From Octopus sinensis (taxonomy: Eukaryota): a stretch of 64,000 nt of DNA. The stretch is taken from positions 3,720,001-3,784,000 of the forward strand of contig NC_043014.1 of assembly GCF_006345805.1 (NCBI RefSeq), given 5' to 3'. Below, piece after piece: positions 57,971 to 64,000 of the stretch (position 1 is the first letter of the stretch; every line of letters begins with the position of its first letter). The notes beneath the pieces were generated by a model. It ran no database searches. It saw only the letters and a list, made by a program, of their open reading frames with translations, and had not been told where the DNA came from. The position numbers and the translations under genes were made by a program.

Positions 57971-58098
57971 CTTTCTGTCTGTCTGTCTGATTGTCTCTCT
58001 CTCTTTCTATCCGCAAATCTACCAATCCATACTCACACATACTTACACACAAGCACACATACATACCTAAATAAATACATGCATACAGACATACATAT

Positions 58099-58131
58099 GT
58101 TAACACAAAATCCATGACTTACCGTTTTTGA
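58099..58131 (-). pseudogene. Stub of exon 1 and its donor (gene copy 4)
   Basis: taacacaaaatccatgacttaccgtttttga matches the exon 1/intron 1 junction, then switches abruptly to LINE B sequence. Confidence 0.65.
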
Positions 58132-59750
58132 TGAGAGCACAATATTGACGGTCTCAGGACACCAAGGCAGATCAAGAAGGGAACCTTTAATAATTGAGAA
58201 TTAAAACGTCAAAATTGTTAGATATAATCTGCCTGTAAGATATAATCGGTGTCTCCTCTACAAAATTTCCTTTCTCCGATAGCGTACACATGGATATAGG
58301 CTTTGAACTCCACTAAGCAACTCTAGTGCCAACAATGTCTGCACAGGTGGGATTAGGACACTCTCAATCCCCTGCTTTCCGATTGTATTATGGAGTGAAA
58401 CCTACTAAGTGAGGGTTCACCTCTTGAAGCTAAAGCTGAATATGAAGGACCACTGTGGCTGTTGAAAGTATGTGCAGCAAACAGCTGGGTCAAATACAAA
58501 TCCTTCCTAAGCAAATTCACCTCATCTTTAGATATATTTGGGGTAAAGTCATTTGTCCCGCAAGGAGACTGCAGTGCACACCTTGGCACTGATAACCGTG
58601 AGAAGGATTGATTGGAAGTAATGTCGTCAGTGAACTTAATGGAGAGGTCATAGCAGCCTTCTGTGCAGGATACACACTTTCCACTCCATGTTATAGATAT
58701 TATTTTAAGACAGGGATATTTATAAGGGTGCCTAGTATAGAAATACTTGGTGACAGAGGTTTCTGATAGATTTCGGTCATCTTTCACTCTTTGCTGAACG
58801 TTCGGGTAAAAGGAAGGGGTGGAGTTGTCAACTCGTCACTAATTAAATGTCTGAAAACCTGAAAATTCCTACAGTCAGCCGAACACTGGAAATTGGTAAG
58901 TCCAGTGCGACCTACAGAATACATTTGGAAGACGCAGTGGATGCTGGGATCAGAAACAAAAATGTGGAGATATTTGCATCCAAATTGAGAGTGACTCGCC
59001 TGAATGAAGTTGGACATCGAAATGGATTCGTGAATGTATTATATTTTTCGGCAGGTTCTTCTTCGGTTGAACGCTTATTTGAGCTAAACTCACTTAAAAG
59101 TGATAAAGCTGCTGGTGAAAAGCACGTTCGGCTTGATATTTTAGAAACATTAAATACAGATGGTATTCTCTAAGTGACCCATGTATGGTAGGTGGATGGG
59201 ACCTCTGGAAAACACACCAAGGCAATGGTAATAAGAGGCGACAATCCCATTTTTTCTTCAAACAGAGACCAATGAGTGTGTTCTAATTATAGAAAAGTCT
59301 ACACTAGATGTCAGGAAAAGATATGTAGGGAAATTGTCGTGCCCAAGATTACTGTCCGGGACGCAGTACATCCGACTAGAGGTTCGTTCAAAGACAGATC
59401 TTCCAGCAAACGTTGAAGCATTTCCAAGAGGAATACACTGTAAACCACGAAAAGGCACACGATCACGTGCCCTGGGTCATGTTGTGGATGGTTTACCAGG
59501 AAGGTGAGTTTAATGGGCAAATACTGGTTGCCATAAAGTACTTATATGGATGTTCAAATGTTGGTATTTATTTAAAAGTCGAAAGTTTTCAACGTGAAGG
59601 TTTTACTTAGTTGAAGTGCGCTGCGCATTGTTAGTGCCCCTTCTCACATTCTTTTTTGTGATCTGTTTGAATATGCTCAGCCATTGTGGTAGAGGTATCC
59701 CAATTCATTTCTGCCTGATCGGTCGACTGTTATTTGTAGACGACATGCTT
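58132..59750 (+). mobile_element. Decayed RTE LINE type B (unit 4)
   Basis: Homologous to about 42510-44120; EKAHDHVPW and LLFVDDML remnants. Confidence 0.8.
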
Positions 59751-60009
59751 CTTGGTACAATTCTAGACATAGTACTGCATATATACTCATATACACACAA
59801 TAAATAGCATTGTATATTAGAGTAACATTTTATTCAGGAACTTATTGTAAAGGAGAATATAGTTTGAAATAAATTCAGGCAAGTGTCTAAGTATATACTA
59901 TTGTGGACATGTGGATAGTAATGTGGAATTAATTCAAAGTTGGTGAAATTATAAATCATTGGTTAAGGAGACACGGATGAAAGACTGTAGCTATAAAATT
60001 AGTTCTTAC

Positions 60010-60061
60010 TTGGTGGGTCATCAGGTTTATCGTCGAATGATTTCTTGGAGATGAAACGGTT
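60010..60061 (-). CDS. Second exon 2 (2b) upstream of gene copy 4
   Basis: 52 nt NRFISKKSFDDKPDDPP+A with intact splice sites. Confidence 0.6.
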
Positions 60062-60157
60062 CTGTGAAAAAATAGAAATAGCATCATATAAATAGAACTT
60101 CAGAGTATTTATTATCGTTTAGAACTTAAAACAATGCAATAGATGACAACATATTCG

Positions 60158-60430
60158 GACAGGTATCATTGCCAACACTACCATCACAACCCCTTAGGAA
60201 TCTTCTAGAAGGCGCTTCAATCCAGTCGAACGATTTTCTGAACAATATCAGACAATACAACTCTGCATTTCAAATGACATCGTTTGGTGAATCTAAGAAG
60301 ATAGAATAACATGAATTTACGCCGACGTCAAAGTTCAAGGGCAAGTCTATGCCATCATTCGTACTGTGGTACCCGCGAATGAACAACCACAGTTCCTCCA
60401 AATTTGCTCTATGAGTGATGTAGGACAATA
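60158..60430 (+). mobile_element. Helitron remnant (unit 4)
   Basis: Homologous to 12527-12800. Confidence 0.75.
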
Positions 60431-60691
60431 AACCCGACGTGAGGTGTCAAAATTTCCGATGATGGGTCGTGTTAGACACAGCGCACACTGCAGCAAAGGA
60501 GAGTATATCCACTGACAGATTTTCGGTGCGTTCAAATATCACACAAACCCCACCTCCAATTTTGCATGACAGGTTAGGGCCTGAAATACTCCAAACGGAC
60601 GCATAGCATGTTGCTTAGTCGAATTAGACCAGCATTTACTCTACAAATGTTTTGTTGTCAATGTTGCACATTCCCATATCACCTGTTTCAA

Positions 60692-61226
60692 AGATGGAAC
60701 ATCTTAGAGAATGACATCTGCAAATGTAGAAAGGTCGGGACACTAAAACATATTCTTTCCAACTGTTCATTAGCATTGAACAGGTACACATGGAGGCACA
60801 ACTTGGTCCTTAAGGTTATCTTCAATGCTATAAAAACCAAATTCATCTCAACAACACTGAGGAAAAACCGTTAAAAGTACCATCAAGAGATTTCATTACC
60901 ATCGTGCGACCAGGTCAGCGGATCCGTTTCAAGAAAAAGATCAAGAAACATCCTGAGAGAAATTAAAAGTGGAACGGCTATTGAGAGGTAACTGCAGATT
61001 TACCTGGGTGCCAGGTTTTCTTTCCCATCCTACTTTCGAAAAAACCAGATATTTTGATGTGGTGTGAAAGAAAGAAAGTTGTAAATATAGTCGATCTAAC
61101 AGTTCCTCATGAAGGTAATATGGACGCCGCTCGGGCTCGAAAATTGAACCGTTATGAAAACCTTGAGGAATGTGAAGACGTAGGCTGGAAAGTGGAACAT
61201 TTTCCTATCGAAATCGGATGGAGACG
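60692..61226 (+). mobile_element. 3' fragment of an RLE-type non-LTR retrotransposon (HERO-like)
   Basis: CKC...TLKHILSNC...RYTWRHNLVLK zinc finger; KPDILMW...DLTVPHE...RK..RY...GWK...FPIEIG restriction-like endonuclease. Confidence 0.8.
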
Positions 61227-61409
61227 CATGTTTCTTAATAATGTCGCTTATTATGCAGTGTACAATGTTAAAATTTTATGTCTGTTACAGTTAAATTCGA
61301 TTATTATAATTTGAAAAAAGGGACTATTTATTGCTTGTTTTGAAGCAAAATTTGTTTTAATTCCCCTTGCGGGGAAACGTTTTACTTTATTTATTAGTGT
61401 TTTTACACA

Positions 61410-62683
61410 ATGGAAGGTACTGTCGCGCGTAGGGAGAGTGTATCTCCAGTGCCAAGTACCAGTAAGGATTCTGTAGTGAGCAGAAGGATATTAGAAGAGC
61501 CAATAAGGAGCTTTGCGGCTGCCGCCGGAGGAAACTCAAGGAAAATTGATACAACCAATTTGAAGGCAAACCGAGAGCTGTTAACAAAAGAAGGGACCGA
61601 AATAAAGGTGGTCCCTCCTCATAGCATCATTAAAGATGCACTCGAAAGGACTGTAATTTTCAAAACATATAATGTTGAAAAGAAAAAATTAACTATGTCA
61701 ATGACAGAAGTGTAGAAAAATATTTAAGGCCAATTTGGAATAACATCACATATTTGGCCAGAGGAAAAAGATATGCAACTGTTGAAGTGAGGATGTCAAC
61801 AGTGGAACAGGCGCAAAAGTATTCTGTGGAGCCGCTGCGAACGGATGAGGTAGTACTGTTGCCATTTTATATGGGGAGGAGAACCTCCCGAATAAAGATA
61901 AGCTGTGTACCACCGGAGGCGGACGCCGAATGGCTAGTAGCGGCAGTACTGTATGACCTAGAGGAAGAAATCACACTGCTTTCTGCGGAAGTAACAGAAG
62001 ACAAAGTCTGGCTTGGCCAAACAATAAAAATGCTGATCCAAGCAGAGCCTATGACCCTAGAAAAAATTCCAGAGGTCATAGATACAATGGGTACGAAGTT
62101 AGAAGTCATGGTGGAAGGTAGAAAACCCAGATGTTTTAAATGTGGAAAGAAGGGCCATGTTAGGTCCGAATGCAAGAGTGGTGAAGAAAAAGAAAAAGAG
62201 GAGAACAACATTGAAGAAGACTCGGAAGATGAAACTACAGAGAATGGGAAAACAGAAGAAGAAAGTACAGAAGAAGAAAATGAGAGCGGAAATAAAGAAG
62301 AGGCGGAATGGAAGAGAGCTGGTAGCAAAAGGAAATTAAAGAGAAATGTTAAATCATTGGCAAAAATGCAAACTCAAAGAAGGCATGAAAAAGCCAAAAA
62401 ATCAAAAACAAAAGAAATACGAGAAAAAGAAGTTCTATATATGGCGGTTCGAACCTCAAACTCGAGATTAATGAGTCAAATACAATTTAAAAAACTAAAA
62501 AGAACTGGATGCAAAAACGTTAAAGACGGTTTCGAAGTCTACCACGTAGAGAGAACGTCTTACAACGTTCTAGCAAATGACTATCGGAGTGATGTTGGCT
62601 TAATTAAAACGACTCCACGAGCCCGAGAAAAAGAAAAAGAGGCGGACCCACCTCCGCCTTTTAGCGAAGACACAAGAAATTGA
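61410..62683 (+). pseudogene. Tx1/L1-like LINE ORF1 (gag-like, zinc knuckle), one frameshift near 61700
   Basis: ORFs 61410-61715 and 61754-62683; CFKCGKKGHVRSEC CCHC knuckle followed by acidic and basic tracts. Confidence 0.8.
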
Positions 62684-62693
62684 GGTAAGACTT

Positions 62694-64000
62694 ATGGCAG
62701 TTCACGTTGGATGTTTAAATGTGCGTGGCCTGACGGCGGGATGGAAGCAAGGTCGCTTCTTAAACGACGTCATGTCACATAATTTGGATGTCATTGTTGC
62801 TACTGAAACCCGGTTAAAGGGATCAAGAGGACTGCTCCCACTCCTGGATGGATACGAGAAATTTATTTCTCCAGGTCCACCGGCGGATGGGTGTGGGGTG
62901 TTGGTCCTACTAAAAAGAAACCGGGTTTCAGAGAAGAAGTTAATTTTTTGTGACCCAGAGGGTAGGCTGGTCGTCTTCGACCTGACTTTAAGTTGCGGTA
63001 AGAAAATCAGACTGGTGGCAATTTACGCCCCCTACAATTGTCAGTCTGAGTATTTCCGAGACCTAGAGAAGTTTCTTGGTACGGCGTACCCATTAGTTTT
63101 GTTAGGTGACTTTAATGTTATTCAAGATGCGCGCGTGGATAATGTTGGCTCGAACCCAAATAGAATACCTAATGCCGGTTTCCGGGATCTACTAAGTCGC
63201 TTTCAGCTAGTAGATCCATACAGACTTGAATTCCCGAAAACCCCAATGTGGACATGGTTAAGTGGTGACGGGTCTTTTAAGTCCTATATAGATAGGATTC
63301 TAATTAGAGAAACAGATAGACCCATAGCTAAGTGTCCACAATTCCACTTGGTCAGCTACAGTGATCATAAATTGGTCACTTGTAAGCTGAACCTAGATAA
63401 GTTACAGAGTAGAGGATCCGGTTACTAGAAACTCAATAAGTCCCATTTGGCGAACGAAGAGTACAGAAGCCGGATTAAGTTACTGATACAGAGTGCTTTA
63501 ACTGGTACCATCATTAATAATAAATGGTGGTACGCCCTCAAAAGAGCCATTAAATTTGAGTCTGTTAGATATAGCATAGGTTTAGTGGCGAGAGAGCGTA
63601 AGAGAGAACTAGAACTGGTTAAGGAATTAGAGGAAGCAGTGTTGACTGGTAGTGCTGCTGAGGCGAAGGCTAAGAGACTGGAATTAAACCAGCACCTCGA
63701 GGCCAAACACAGGGGATGCATTATCAGGGGTAGACTTCGTGCAAAGGGAAGTGAGGGGCTCAATGCCGCTGGATGGGCTCGGGTGATGGAAACCCAATGT
63801 GGAAATAATTCCACAATTCGATCTGTGGAGAACCTACAAGGCGAGATTGTGAACGAACCCGATGAGATGTGTCAGGCTTTTCAGGAGCACTTTGTACAGC
63901 TTTTCGGGAGGGGCAATGGACCGGATGGTAGGTTGGACCTTTCGGACTTCCTTGCCGGGCTGCCGCCTCTCTCGGGGCAGGATGCTGAGTGCTGTGAGGG
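62694..64000 (+). mobile_element. Tx1/L1-like LINE ORF2 (APE endonuclease and linker), one premature stop, runs off window
   Basis: LNVRGL, ETRL, IYAP, GDFN, IDRI and SDH motifs; GSGY*KLN at 63426-63428 corresponds to conserved GYWKLN; the frame stays open after the stop. Confidence 0.9.

Noticed and set aside
61867-63814. Minus-strand ORFs 61867-62328 and 63425-63814
   Set aside because: Antisense shadows of the LINE ORFs.

Overview
Eukaryotic, microsatellite-rich DNA, very probably octopus (it carries OK-type and OR-type tRNA-derived SINEs). Most of the window is a tandem segmental duplication of about four 14-18 kb units. Each unit carries parts of a minus-strand, 4-exon gene (144+52+75+500 nt, about 256 aa). 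The protein has an N-terminal hydrophobic anchor and a short-chain collagen C4-like (spongin-related NC1-type) domain, but no collagen helix. Paralogs differ mainly in a few short segments of that domain, and no copy is fully intact as assembled. Introns and spacers hold decayed RTE-clade LINEs, Helitron remnants, an internally deleted mariner, a HERO-like RLE LINE fragment and the 5' part of a Tx1-like LINE at the right end. The most notable hidden signal is a set of unit-specific insertions, mostly in (TA)n tracts and often inverted repeats, that carry type I hammerhead ribozymes with long stem II and mostly palindromic stem III (Penelope pseudo-LTR-like). Plus-strand copies have intact or near-intact cores, while every copy in the host-gene sense orientation has a core lesion. 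A 100-N gap lies at 33828-33927, and the sequence from about 29 to 39.5 kb looks indel-prone.
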